From the NCBI GenBank assembly GCA_040217195.1, contig JAVJNR010000002.1, forward strand, positions 384,001-448,000: a stretch of DNA of 64,000 nucleotides, written 5' to 3'. Source of the DNA: Leptospiraceae bacterium (GTDB lineage: Bacteria; Spirochaetota; Leptospiria; Leptospirales; Leptonemataceae). How positions within the stretch are numbered: position 1 is the stretch's first letter; every line of letters begins with the position of its first letter. Below, one piece after another: positions 28,510 to 38,523 of the stretch. The notes below the pieces were generated by a model, which did no database searches, had not been told where the DNA came from, and saw nothing but the letters and a program-made list of their open reading frames with translations. The translations under genes and the position numbers were made by a program.

Positions 28510-28736
28510 TTCTGTGGAAAGCAGCCGCAGGCCGAGCCACAGGGCCCTCCGCTGCTAAAAGAGCGCTCCGGTAATCGGTCCGAGGAACCCACTGCAACAG
28601 CGGCAAATAGCTGATGAGTATTCACGGAATTGCATTCAGTGCATTTCACAGAAAGGCCACTTTCCTTTTGAGCCAGAGAAAGCTTCACTTCCACAACGCT
28701 CTGACAGTCATCGCATTTGTAATCGTAATAGGGCAT
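28506..28736 (-). CDS. FmdB family zinc-ribbon protein
   Basis: MPYYDYKCDDC...CTECNS, with a Cys-rich tail. Confidence 0.88.
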   Translation of the reverse strand: MPYYDYKCDDCQSVVEVKLSLAQKESGLSVKCTECNSVNTHQLFAAVAVGSSDRLPERSFSSGGPCGSACGCFPQN

Positions 28737-28815
28737 AATCGCAAGGAAGCCTGTAACCGGTTACTCAGCAACTAAAAATCCTATGCCCTTTGGCCTGCAA
28801 CGTAATCCTGCCACT

Positions 28816-29517
28816 ATGCTGGATGTTTACCTCATTCGTCACGGTGAGACCATATATAACAGTGAGCATCGAATTCAGGGAACTCTGGATTCTGCATTGT
28901 CCGAAAAAGGGCAGCGGCAGTGCGAACTTCTGGGCCAGGGGCTCCAGAAAAGGCTGGCAGGTATGAAGATTCATCGCTGGTACGTATCTCCCCAGGGAAG
29001 GGCCCGTCAATCTTCGGCCATTATTCGTCAATATCTACGGAGAAACGATCTGCCGGAGGAAACCGTGGAAAATGATCTGAGAGAAATCGATTGCGGAGAA
29101 GCTGAGGGTAAGATTCGGTTTGATCTGGATTCCGGGCTACTGAATAACCTTCATCGTGATCCCTATCAAAGATTTCCGGGTGGGCAAAGCGTGGCTGATT
29201 TAATCGAACGAGGCAAAAGCCTGATGGATCGAATTTTTGCACCGCCAAAAACTGGAGCAACGGAGCCAGGGGCGCAGCAAATCGATCACTCAGAAAAAGA
29301 CAATCTGGATTCCGGGCCTGAGTCTCATCGAGTGATTGTAGTATCTCATGGAAACTTTATTCGGGCCCTGGCAACAGCCATGACAGGCATGCCTGCTGAG
29401 TTCTCATTGAGAATTAGTATGGGCAACACTGGTCTATGTCATCTGGCGCGCAGAATGGATGATGCGCATTTCAAAATGTATCTCTGGAATGACCTGGGGC
29501 ATACATTGGGCATTTGA
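28816..29517 (+). CDS. Histidine phosphatase (phosphoglycerate mutase) family protein
   Basis: YLIRHGET, SP..RA, LREIDCG, VVSHG. Confidence 0.92.
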   Translation: MLDVYLIRHGETIYNSEHRIQGTLDSALSEKGQRQCELLGQGLQKRLAGMKIHRWYVSPQGRARQSSAIIRQYLRRNDLPEETVENDLREIDCGEAEGKIRFDLDSGLLNNLHRDPYQRFPGGQSVADLIERGKSLMDRIFAPPKTGATEPGAQQIDHSEKDNLDSGPESHRVIVVSHGNFIRALATAMTGMPAEFSLRISMGNTGLCHLARRMDDAHFKMYLWNDLGHTLGI

Positions 29518-29551
29518 TCAGACCTATGTTCGGTATTCTGGACGGCGAATC

Positions 29552-31699
29552 TCAGGAATCGGGCAGATGGTTTAGATACTGTAGCATAGCTCGATAGAAA
29601 TTCTTATCTTCTTCTTTCGTAGCCAATTGTATGGTAGCGCCACCACTCACTTGAACGCCGGAGGCCTGGTCCAGTTTGGATTTAAATTTTTGGATGAGTT
29701 CCTTCTTATGCCCGTGCACATAATCATGGCCGGCATAGACATACCCTTTTCCAGGCACCGGAATTCGAATCATCGTAGATGTAGACTGTGCCCCTGCATC
29801 TACGAGCCCTAGAACCTTTTGTGCAATTTCTTTCTGATTGTTGTTTGCCAGACGCATTACCTGGTCTCGGTCCGGGTAGAAATTCTTATCCCACATCAAA
29901 TTCACCTGAGTGAGCAGATAATTCAGAAGTTCCTGGGCTTCATGATCAAAGCCAGGTGAAGCCTCTTTCTCGGAGGCCAGATCTGCCAGGGCCGATGAGC
30001 TGCCTGCGGTTCGCCTGCGAGCTAAATCCTTAACATCTTTTCTTGCCTGTTTGGTCTTTACTTTGCTTTTGCGTTCCGATTGGATTCTCTCCTGTTCTCC
30101 TCGTTCCATATCCAGACGCCTCTGAATCTTCGCGATCTTCGCATCGGTTAATCTTTTTCCTGTCAGGGTAAGCCAGAGTTTTTCCAGAGGAGATAGATAG
30201 GCCTTATACGAGTCGCGGATGGCTTCTCTCATTTGCTCAAGGTAGGCAGGAGGGACAAATTGCTTTAGCTCAGAATCCGGTCGGCTCTTCATCTGTAGCA
30301 TCTCTTCCAGAATGCGAATCAGAAACGTATCACCGGTCTTTTTGTACGCTTCCAGGGCTGTTTGAATCGCCTGGCCGGTAATTGCCCGGTCTTTATAGAG
30401 CAAATATATTGTATCGTAATCGGTGGGCTCTCGGCTACCCGAGGAGGCCAGGGGTGGGTCGGCTGCTACCAGCACAGGGCTGGAACTTTCGTTCAAGAAT
30501 AACTCAAGGTAGTTCTCTTCGATATTGATTTTACGACCATTCTTTGCGCGAAAGATTCCCTTATGATTCTTGAGTTTTTGAAGAATAATCTGTAATTCCT
30601 GCTTCTGTTCATCCTTTTTATTTTCCCGGGCTTTTTCATCATACCACTGGCGTAAGCGAACGGCCTCCGCAGCGATCTCAATAATATAGGCGGGCATGGT
30701 TTCATGACCTCTGGCATGCTCCAGGATATGGTGCGCAGCGGCCTCAGCAGCATCTTCCACATGTCCGGATTGTTGAAACCGGTTCATCTGACTTTGAGTG
30801 CTCGGGTCTACCATCTCTTTTACTGCATCATGAGTCAGTATTTCAACCAGGCGAGAGTATCTATGTTTTATGTTTTCCAGGATGTTAAATAGGACGATGT
30901 CCGGTATTTTATGACCTGTCTCGTTACGCAGATCCTGGCAGGACAGACTGAAAATAATCTTTTCGCGCAGTAAATCCATGATCAGTGGGCGAAAAAGTTT
31001 GATGCGAAGAGATTGATTGACTCGCTTCAGGATAAGAGCATCTGCCTGCTCATCGTCTTGTTCTGCTTTTTCATCACCGGTCATGGATGTGATGTACATT
31101 TTGCCCAGAATCGTCTCAACCCGGCCGGCCCTGGGATTTGCATCCTGGATTTTGTGAAAGGCCGGTCCGCCCGGAAGAGCAGGATCCAGGTCACGGATGA
31201 GTCCTTTGATATATACCAGATTGTTTCTGGTCGTAGATCGATAGGCCACGGCAACCTTATCTGCATGCTTTTCGGTAGGAGCAACCAGACGAGTTATGAA
31301 TTGATCCGGTGCAGTGGCATTGGGCTTTAATTCACGAATAATATGCAGAAACGGTGGCGATTGGACAGACATAAGACAGACGGTCCGCAAAAGCTCAGAC
31401 TCGGATGGCATGGGCGATTTGTCCGAAATGGCCCTTTTATGCATCTGTAGATCGGCGAAAATGTCTTCCACCGAAGGATAATAGGTTTCTTTGGAGGAGC
31501 GAGCGCCGGTAAGAAAACTCTGCAGCAAATCATAGACCTGGTTGGCCAGTCTGGATCGGCTCTTCAGCGGTGCAATGATCCGTGAATCATCCAGCTGAAG
31601 ATTGCTGAGTGTCTTGAGCGCCACATCCGGGGCCATTGCATCAAAAATGCCACTTCCTTCCCCTCTATCCGTCTGGGAAGTGCTCTGATTCTCGCTCAC
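29552..31699 (-). CDS. Large hypothetical protein
   Basis: 715-aa uninterrupted ORF with coiled-coil segments and no recognised motif. Confidence 0.8.
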   Translation of the reverse strand: MSENQSTSQTDRGEGSGIFDAMAPDVALKTLSNLQLDDSRIIAPLKSRSRLANQVYDLLQSFLTGARSSKETYYPSVEDIFADLQMHKRAISDKSPMPSESELLRTVCLMSVQSPPFLHIIRELKPNATAPDQFITRLVAPTEKHADKVAVAYRSTTRNNLVYIKGLIRDLDPALPGGPAFHKIQDANPRAGRVETILGKMYITSMTGDEKAEQDDEQADALILKRVNQSLRIKLFRPLIMDLLREKIIFSLSCQDLRNETGHKIPDIVLFNILENIKHRYSRLVEILTHDAVKEMVDPSTQSQMNRFQQSGHVEDAAEAAAHHILEHARGHETMPAYIIEIAAEAVRLRQWYDEKARENKKDEQKQELQIILQKLKNHKGIFRAKNGRKINIEENYLELFLNESSSPVLVAADPPLASSGSREPTDYDTIYLLYKDRAITGQAIQTALEAYKKTGDTFLIRILEEMLQMKSRPDSELKQFVPPAYLEQMREAIRDSYKAYLSPLEKLWLTLTGKRLTDAKIAKIQRRLDMERGEQERIQSERKSKVKTKQARKDVKDLARRRTAGSSSALADLASEKEASPGFDHEAQELLNYLLTQVNLMWDKNFYPDRDQVMRLANNNQKEIAQKVLGLVDAGAQSTSTMIRIPVPGKGYVYAGHDYVHGHKKELIQKFKSKLDQASGVQVSGGATIQLATKEEDKNFYRAMLQYLNHLPDS

Positions 31700-31847
31700 G
31701 ATACTTTTTTAGCAAAGCTGGTTGAAAAAGGCAAGTAATGCGCAAAGGTTAATCCCTGTTTTCCGGACTAACCTGCAAGCACTAAGGAAAATCCAGGACA
31801 GATCGGTCACTCTGCGGCCCCTGGATGGGCTCCTGGCGTAGCGGAAA

Positions 31848-32402
31848 TCAGGGCATGGGTTCAGGGTGCCGGTTAAGGCTCTGGTAAGCGGAGGCAATAT
31901 CCCATCCTGCAGAGGAAGGAAGCAAAAATGAGGTCAGGAATGAAAGTGCAAGGGTCCCTGGATACATCCAGAAGGAGTAAAGAATCTGGTAATCTGTATC
32001 TGGATGGAATGTAACATGCACCGCCGAAGGCCAGATCAGCCCTGCAACCCAGGCCAGGATGGCCAGAGCAGAGAAGAACCAGAGAATGGAACGGCGATAG
32101 GGAAACTGAATTAAGGATACAATTAGTCCCAGAAAGCCGGCAAAAGTAAAAAAGGTCCAGAATCTGGATCGAACTCCGTACAGCTCCAGCTGTTCGAACT
32201 GAATCTCGTAGCTAAACCAGGGCCAGCCAGCAACCAGAATTACAGCCAGAGATGCAATAAGCAGTAACCAGGCGCTTCCCAGGGATTTACAGAAATGCAA
32301 AGTCTGTCGGGAAATCCCTTTTAGAATCTGCCACCAGCCTTTGGCAAAGTTAACCGGAGTCTTCCAGATAAGAGTGATGATGCTTTGTATGGCCTGAGTC
32401 AT
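31848..32402 (-). CDS. Hypothetical membrane protein
   Basis: About 4 TM helices, co-oriented with its neighbours. Confidence 0.75.
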   Translation of the reverse strand: MTQAIQSIITLIWKTPVNFAKGWWQILKGISRQTLHFCKSLGSAWLLLIASLAVILVAGWPWFSYEIQFEQLELYGVRSRFWTFFTFAGFLGLIVSLIQFPYRRSILWFFSALAILAWVAGLIWPSAVHVTFHPDTDYQILYSFWMYPGTLALSFLTSFLLPSSAGWDIASAYQSLNRHPEPMP

Positions 32403-32435
32403 GCTTGCTAATTATTACTGGTTGGACACTAGAGT

Positions 32436-32888
32436 CTATTGGACTTCGAATAATAGTTCGAGCTCAACAGCGGCATTCAATGGTAGAGCACTGACTCCTA
32501 CTGCGGCACGACTGTGAATCCCTGCATCTCCCAGGATTTGCTGGGCCAGATTCGAAGCTCCGTTGGCTACAATATGATGCCCGTGAAATTCCGGGGAGGA
32601 TGAAACAAAGGCCCCCAGGCGGATGAGCTGTTTGATGCTGTTTAGTTCTGCAACAGTAGTAAATGCAGCCAGCCCATTCAGAAAACACTGAGCCATAGCG
32701 GCCTGAGCTGCCTCCACATCATCATCGGTTTTCAGCTGTCCCATGAGTACAAGCTTACCATCACGTACAGGAAGCTGGCCACTGACATACACCAGGTTTC
32801 CCGATCTTTTGGCCGGTAAGTAAGAGGCTACCGGCGGATTTACCACAGGCAATTCCAGGCCCAGTTCCTTGAGCTTCTCTTGAATCAT
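32436..32888 (-). CDS. RidA/YjgF family protein
   Basis: PVASY, VYVSGQLP, VANGAS, HSRAAVGVSALP..AAVE. Confidence 0.93.
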   Translation of the reverse strand: MIQEKLKELGLELPVVNPPVASYLPAKRSGNLVYVSGQLPVRDGKLVLMGQLKTDDDVEAAQAAMAQCFLNGLAAFTTVAELNSIKQLIRLGAFVSSSPEFHGHHIVANGASNLAQQILGDAGIHSRAAVGVSALPLNAAVELELLFEVQ

Positions 32889-32980
32889 AGCTACGGAATG
32901 GCCTGGCAGGGCTCAGCGGGCAAACCTTTTTGTCGGATTGGAAATGCGGCTTTCAGCCTGCGTAGCCCAACACAGTCAGC

Positions 32981-33604
32981 TCATTCGTAAAGTGAATCGC
33001 CGGGCTGGAAGATGGTTCGGGCCCCTGCATAGCTTCTTTGCCAGTATTTCAGTCGAAGGTCGGCTATGCTCACTGTTTTTCCGCTGCTGGGTGCATGGAT
33101 GAACCGGTAGTTACCAATGTAGATTCCAACGTGGGATATAGAGCTTCCATCAGTGCGAAAGAATACCAGGTCACCGGCCTGGGGAATTCGCACCGGTCGC
33201 AGGGCAGTGTACTGGGTGGATGCAGAGCGGGGAATGGAGTATCCGGCTTCGCGGTACACGAAGCTGGTCAGTCCGGAGCAATCAAAGCCTGAAGGAGATT
33301 GACCGCCCGGTCGATAGGGAACGCCCAGGTATTGCTCTGCCAGGCGCACAATTCCACCACCATCATACACCGTGATTCTGCGATGATTCACTTCTGTAGG
33401 CTCTTCAGGGCTGTATCCGATTACAACGGCAGCGGGAATTACGAAGGCCAGGGTAAGGACTAGCAATCTTATTTTAGCAAGGCGTTTCTTCATCTCTGGA
33501 TCCTTTTCACTATTGCTTATTATCGGCATTTTCGCTGGCATATTGATACCCCGGAACATTGCAGATTTGCTATCTAATTCAATCCTTTCATACAGCCCGG
33601 GCAA
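32981..33604 (-). CDS. NlpC/P60 (C40) cell-wall peptidase
   Basis: YLGVPYRPGG, GFDCSG, GDLVFF, SHVGIY, FIHA. The true start is probably the internal MKKRLA signal peptide. Confidence 0.92.
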   Translation of the reverse strand: MPGLYERIELDSKSAMFRGINMPAKMPIISNSEKDPEMKKRLAKIRLLVLTLAFVIPAAVVIGYSPEEPTEVNHRRITVYDGGGIVRLAEQYLGVPYRPGGQSPSGFDCSGLTSFVYREAGYSIPRSASTQYTALRPVRIPQAGDLVFFRTDGSSISHVGIYIGNYRFIHAPSSGKTVSIADLRLKYWQRSYAGARTIFQPGDSLYE

Positions 33605-33645
33605 GACTGCCCCACCGTAGTTCGGGGATAACCGCAGCCTGCAGT

Positions 33646-34605
33646 TCAGTTTTTTTCTGGATAAAAACAGGCCACCTGGGCGGTTCCCACGCTTTCCAGG
33701 GCCGGAACATTAGAGGAGCAATCGTCTCTTACTTTTGGACAACGGGGATGGAATACGCATCCAGACGGCAAATTGGAAGGAGAGGGCACTTCACCGCCCA
33801 GTAATCTGGGTCTTCGGTTCGGATGTATGGAAGGAATGGCTGCCATCAATGCTTCAGTGTAGGGATGGGCGGGCTTCTGAAAAAGCTGCTCCGTGGGTGC
33901 CACCTCCATGACCCGACCTCCGTACATAACGCAAACTCGATCGCTCATATTTCGTACAAGCGATAGATCATGAGTAATGAATAGCAGGGATAGTTTCAGT
34001 TCTTCTTTCAGTTTGAGTAATAGCTGTATAATCTGAGCCTGCACAGATACATCCAGAGCGCTGGTCACTTCATCGCAAACAATCAATCTGGGTCGTAATC
34101 CCACAGCTCGTGCAATGCCAATTCTCTGTCTCTGTCCTCCGGAAAATGCATGAGGAAAGCGATCCATGGCGTTCTCGGAAAGACCTACCATTTCAAGAAG
34201 TTCGGCCACCTTGCTGCGCGCATTGCTTCTATCACATAATCCGTGAATTCGCATTGGCTCGCTCAAAATTTCGAAAACAGTATGCCTGGGATTCAAAGAA
34301 GAGTACGGGTCCTGAAAAATGATCTGAAAATCACTGCGAAAGGGTTTCCAGGATTTTTGATCCTTTATGTCGATTTCCTTTCCTTCCAGAAACAATCGAC
34401 CGGATGTGGGTAATGTAAGACCCAGGATGCTATTTCCCAGGGTGCTCTTTCCGCATCCAGATTCTCCTACAACAGCCAGCACTTCTCCCTCTTCTACGGA
34501 AAGGGAAACTCCATCCACTGCTTTGACCCAGCCTACGGTTCTGCGAAAGAGTCCCCCTGTGATGGGAAAATGCGTCTGTAGCTTCTCGACTTTCAGAAGA
34601 CTCAT
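33646..34605 (-). CDS. Oligopeptide/dipeptide ABC transporter ATP-binding protein (OppF/DppF-like)
   Basis: GESGCGKST, FSGGQRQR, CDEVTSALD, HPYT, C-terminal Cys motif. Confidence 0.95.
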   Translation of the reverse strand: MSLLKVEKLQTHFPITGGLFRRTVGWVKAVDGVSLSVEEGEVLAVVGESGCGKSTLGNSILGLTLPTSGRLFLEGKEIDIKDQKSWKPFRSDFQIIFQDPYSSLNPRHTVFEILSEPMRIHGLCDRSNARSKVAELLEMVGLSENAMDRFPHAFSGGQRQRIGIARAVGLRPRLIVCDEVTSALDVSVQAQIIQLLLKLKEELKLSLLFITHDLSLVRNMSDRVCVMYGGRVMEVAPTEQLFQKPAHPYTEALMAAIPSIHPNRRPRLLGGEVPSPSNLPSGCVFHPRCPKVRDDCSSNVPALESVGTAQVACFYPEKN

Positions 34606-35555
34606 ACCCGGGCCTCCTCATACAGATAGCAGCATACGTTCTGACCCGGTTCAGGTTGAAAAACAGGCACAGTCCTGTCGCAGGGATCGAATGCTTTATC
34701 GCATCTGGGACGAAAGCGGCATCCGGAGGGGAAACTACCGGGAGAGGGGACCTGACCTACAATGGGCTTCAATTCTTTTCTTTCGTCTACATCCGGAAGC
34801 GCAGACATGAGACCCTGGCTATAAGGATGATAGGGATTCTGGAGAAATGAGGAAACATCCCGTTCCTCAATCAAGTTACCGGCGTACATGACTCCCACTC
34901 GATCTGCATACTGCGCGATTAGTCCAATGTTATGAGTAATCAATAAAACAGCGCATCCCTCTTCCTTTTGGAGTTCCACCAAGAGCTCCATTATCTGCGC
35001 CTGCACTGTAACATCCAGAGCTGTAGTGGGCTCGTCTGCTATAATCAAGGACGGATGGAGCAACAGTGAAAGTGCAATGACCACTCTCTGTAGCATTCCT
35101 CCAGACAGCTGATGCGGATAGGAAGATAGGATTCTCTCTGGATCCGAAAATCCTACTCTGCGAAGCACTTGATCCATTCTCTGCTCAGGATTCCCTGCGA
35201 AATCATGAAACTCAAAGAGTTCAACCAGTTGCTTACGAATCGTGAGCAATGGATTCAGGGCACTCGTGGGCTCCTGAAAAATCATGCTGATTTGAGCACC
35301 CCGAACCTGTCTTAGTTTTTCTGGACTCAGCTTATATATATCTTGATCCTTAAATAGGATTCTGCCATCATCAAGGCGTCCTCCCGGCTCGGGTAGCATC
35401 CCCAGGCAGGCCAGTGCAGTAATGGTCTTGCCGCACCCTGACTCGCCTACAATACCATAAATCTGACCGGCCTCGATGGAGAAGCTTACACTGTCAGTAA
35501 TTCCTACGGAGCCAATTCCGATGGCAAGGTTTTCAACGCTAAGAACTGCAGTCAT
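34602..35555 (-). CDS. Oligopeptide/dipeptide ABC transporter ATP-binding protein (OppD/DppD-like)
   Basis: GESGCGKT, LSGGMLQR, ADEPTTALDVTVQ, HPY. Confidence 0.95.
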   Translation of the reverse strand: MTAVLSVENLAIGIGSVGITDSVSFSIEAGQIYGIVGESGCGKTITALACLGMLPEPGGRLDDGRILFKDQDIYKLSPEKLRQVRGAQISMIFQEPTSALNPLLTIRKQLVELFEFHDFAGNPEQRMDQVLRRVGFSDPERILSSYPHQLSGGMLQRVVIALSLLLHPSLIIADEPTTALDVTVQAQIMELLVELQKEEGCAVLLITHNIGLIAQYADRVGVMYAGNLIEERDVSSFLQNPYHPYSQGLMSALPDVDERKELKPIVGQVPSPGSFPSGCRFRPRCDKAFDPCDRTVPVFQPEPGQNVCCYLYEEARV

Positions 35556-35866
35556 TATTCTAGCTCGTTATAATATTTATAGAGTTCATCCAGCAAGAAT
35601 TCACACACAATGCGATCCTTAACGCCGGGATCTTTCTTATCCAGCAGAATTTCCTTGAGCCTCAGGAGCTTGTAGTTAATCATTTTCTGCTTGGTATTTT
35701 TATTCTGAGCCTTGCTATGCAGTACGTACATGGTCAGAGTACCCGGTTCTGCGGAGAGTATTCTGGCTTTCGCATGAATCTCCAGAAACCGCTTGAGTCG
35801 TTCCAGAAGATCCTCTCGATGCATCGCTTCCACGGGCCCAGATTGTTGGACTGTGTCTGAAATCAA
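35555..35866 (-). CDS. Hypothetical protein, translationally coupled to the OppD-like gene
   Basis: Its stop overlaps the next start (TAATG). The start may be the internal ATG (MHRED...). Confidence 0.7.
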   Translation of the reverse strand: MISDTVQQSGPVEAMHREDLLERLKRFLEIHAKARILSAEPGTLTMYVLHSKAQNKNTKQKMINYKLLRLKEILLDKKDPGVKDRIVCEFLLDELYKYYNELE

Positions 35867-35891
35867 AGTACTTTCCCGCAGTCCGGGTAGA

Positions 35892-35900
35892 TGCTAGAAT
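35892..35900 (+). promoter_or_regulatory. Extended -10 promoter (TGn-TAGAAT), leaderless-type
   Basis: TGCTAGAAT ends 6 nt before the ATG at 35907; no SD. Confidence 0.55.
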
Positions 35901-35906
35901 GTTCCC

Positions 35907-36812
35907 ATGTCTCAGCAGCACAGTTTTTCGATCATTGGGGCCGGAGTAATGGGCAAAGGATTGGCCCTGAACTTGAAGCAGGCCGGCGCAAAAGTGCAGG
36001 TTTACGTCAGGGATCTTACCAGAGCCAGGGAACTGATTGAAAAAGGCATTCATGCCAGTTCCGATCCAGTAGAGGCCTCCAGGGCAACCCGCACCATCGT
36101 ACTTTGTCTTACCACCGATGAAGTGCTGGATCAGGTGGTTCATAAATCCGGCCTTTTCAGGGACTTGAGCAACCGTGTGCAGGACGGTGAATCATTGACT
36201 CTTATCGATGCAGGGACTACCTCACCGGAATTTACTGAGTCTCTGGCAAATGATTGTGCAATTAACGGGATCAGTTTTCTGGATGCTCCAATGACCGGCA
36301 GCAAGAATGCAGCGGCCGCCGGCGAAGTATTGTTTATGGCAGGGGGAAGTGACCAGACGGTACAGTCCCAGACATTCTTTTTTGAAACCTGCGGCAAAAA
36401 GGTAATTCACTGTGGTCCCACCGGATCTGGCCAGAGGGTAAAAATTGCATTGAATCTTACCCAGGCTTCTATCATGCAAGCGCTTACCGAAGGATGGATA
36501 CTTTCTAGAAAACTTGGAGTGAGTACCGAAGTATACGGCGAAGTGATTCGCAATTCCGCGGCCCGGTCAGGGATATCGGATTTCAAACTTGAATGCATCT
36601 TCAATAAGGATTACGAGGAGCATTTTGCTTTGAAGAACATGAACAAGGATGTTAACCATGCTATGAATCTGGCGCGAAAACATAATGTATCTCTTCCTCT
36701 GGCTTCATCACTCAAAACTATTTACGAAGCAGGGATGAACCGTGGCTTTGAAGAGGATGATTTTTGTGGACTTGCCAGGGTGAATGAATTTCTGAACGGA
36801 TTGAATAGCTAG
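35907..36812 (+). CDS. NAD(P)-dependent beta-hydroxyacid dehydrogenase (3-hydroxyisobutyrate DH/GarR family)
   Basis: IIGAGVMG, FLDAPMTG, GSGQRVK, KD. Confidence 0.92.
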   Translation: MSQQHSFSIIGAGVMGKGLALNLKQAGAKVQVYVRDLTRARELIEKGIHASSDPVEASRATRTIVLCLTTDEVLDQVVHKSGLFRDLSNRVQDGESLTLIDAGTTSPEFTESLANDCAINGISFLDAPMTGSKNAAAAGEVLFMAGGSDQTVQSQTFFFETCGKKVIHCGPTGSGQRVKIALNLTQASIMQALTEGWILSRKLGVSTEVYGEVIRNSAARSGISDFKLECIFNKDYEEHFALKNMNKDVNHAMNLARKHNVSLPLASSLKTIYEAGMNRGFEEDDFCGLARVNEFLNGLNS

Positions 36813-36918
36813 ATTCATCTCAGACAGAACTGATCCGGGACAACGGTAGCCAGAGAAAGCATCTTGTGATAAAAGTTTTATGACTACTTCGCATTGCAGT
36901 TGACGAAACTCAAATAGT

Positions 36919-38511
36919 TTGATGATCTTCGCCAATATGACTCTGTCGAATAAGGATCATCATTCCGTTGTTGCCAGTGGCTTCCGCCTGGCCAATTATG
37001 TCCGATTGGGTCTGGGCCTGCTTTTTAGCCTGGCAGTACTGGGTTCCCTTACCGAAGAAGCACTTAAAACCTATCTAATCAAGAGCGAGATTCTGGCTGT
37101 AATAATTCTTATTGCCCTGGCATTGATTGGCATCTATCTGATGCGAGGGAATCGCACCCCCGGTGCATACGTTCGCGTAGCTGCCGTTTTAGATATGACA
37201 ATTGTTGGACTGGTGATGATTGCCGGGGCTCAGGATGGTGGTCAGACAGCCTACGACATGGCCATAGAAAGAAATCTATATGCTGTCTATTTGATTTTTC
37301 TAGTATCATCTGCTCTGGTGGGTTCTGCCCGTTTGACGTTCCTGCTTTCCATTTACGGAGCAATTTTGTTTGCTACGTCTGTTGTTCTGGTGCATCTATC
37401 TGGCTTCGAGTTTGGCAAGCAAAACGATGCGCATAACCACATAATAGGTTTTTCCCCATTTCTTTCCGCCGCATCTTTCATTATCGTTGTGGGAGGTATC
37501 GTTTCAGCAGGTATTCGTATTCAGCAAAGACTATCTGCCATAGCCGCGGCAGGAGCCGCTGAAAACCAGACCCTCGTTGATTCCCTTCAGGAAAAAAAGG
37601 AAAAGATGGCCACGTATGCTGTGGAACTGGATCGAGCCACACATCAATTTCAGAGCTTTATACAGGAAACCACAGGCAGGATTGAAACCCAGGCGGCTGC
37701 CCTGGAACAGGCCAATGCAGTTACAGAAGAGCTAACTGCAAGTTCCTCCCAGACGGCCGAGACGGTTCAGAGTCAGTCTCGTGGAATTGAACAGATGGCC
37801 GGCCAGAGTGCGGAACTTAAGAAGGTAATCTCCTCCATAACTGAATCCAATGAAAGTCTCATAGAAAGTGCAGGCGATGCTCTGTCCAGTATGGATACGG
37901 TTAAGTCCACGGTAGAAGGAACAACACAGACCCTGGGAAGTCTGGAGGAGGCCTTCGCCAGTGTGAGCAAAATCACTGGAATAATGAACGAAATTGCGGA
38001 GAAAACCAACTTACTGGCGTTGAATGCTGCCATTGAAGCTGCTCGGGCTGGCGATTCCGGTCGTGGTTTCGCAGTTGTGGCAGATGAGGTCAGCAAGCTT
38101 GCGGACTATACAGGGCAAAATGTACGGCAAATCGCAACCATCGTAACTGAATCGATAAATACAATAAACACAGCGCGAAAGCAGTCTGACGAAGCAGTTA
38201 AACAGACTACAAGTCAGCGTGAGAGGACCAGGCTTACGAATCAGCAAGTGGAAAAAACTACCGGATTACTACAGCAACAGGCTTCTATCCTTGAAAGCTT
38301 CATCCAGGAGTTGGAGACCCAACGAGGTAAAGCGGCAGACGTCTTGAATGGTTCCCGGGAACAAATCGATGGTCAGAAGGAACTGGCCAAGACCATGGAG
38401 AGTCTGGACAAAGAAGTCACTGAAATAAACGAAGCTTCCAGAGATCTGGTCAATGGCATAAAGGATATTTCCGAACAGGTTAGTAATCTAAAAGAGCTAA
38501 GCAGTTCTTGA
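36919..38511 (+). CDS. Methyl-accepting chemotaxis protein with multi-TM sensor
   Basis: [31 protein letters not shown]; 5-6 N-terminal TM helices. Confidence 0.95.
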   Translation: MMIFANMTLSNKDHHSVVASGFRLANYVRLGLGLLFSLAVLGSLTEEALKTYLIKSEILAVIILIALALIGIYLMRGNRTPGAYVRVAAVLDMTIVGLVMIAGAQDGGQTAYDMAIERNLYAVYLIFLVSSALVGSARLTFLLSIYGAILFATSVVLVHLSGFEFGKQNDAHNHIIGFSPFLSAASFIIVVGGIVSAGIRIQQRLSAIAAAGAAENQTLVDSLQEKKEKMATYAVELDRATHQFQSFIQETTGRIETQAAALEQANAVTEELTASSSQTAETVQSQSRGIEQMAGQSAELKKVISSITESNESLIESAGDALSSMDTVKSTVEGTTQTLGSLEEAFASVSKITGIMNEIAEKTNLLALNAAIEAARAGDSGRGFAVVADEVSKLADYTGQNVRQIATIVTESINTINTARKQSDEAVKQTTSQRERTRLTNQQVEKTTGLLQQQASILESFIQELETQRGKAADVLNGSREQIDGQKELAKTMESLDKEVTEINEASRDLVNGIKDISEQVSNLKELSSS

Positions 38512-38523
38512 TGGAAACATACA

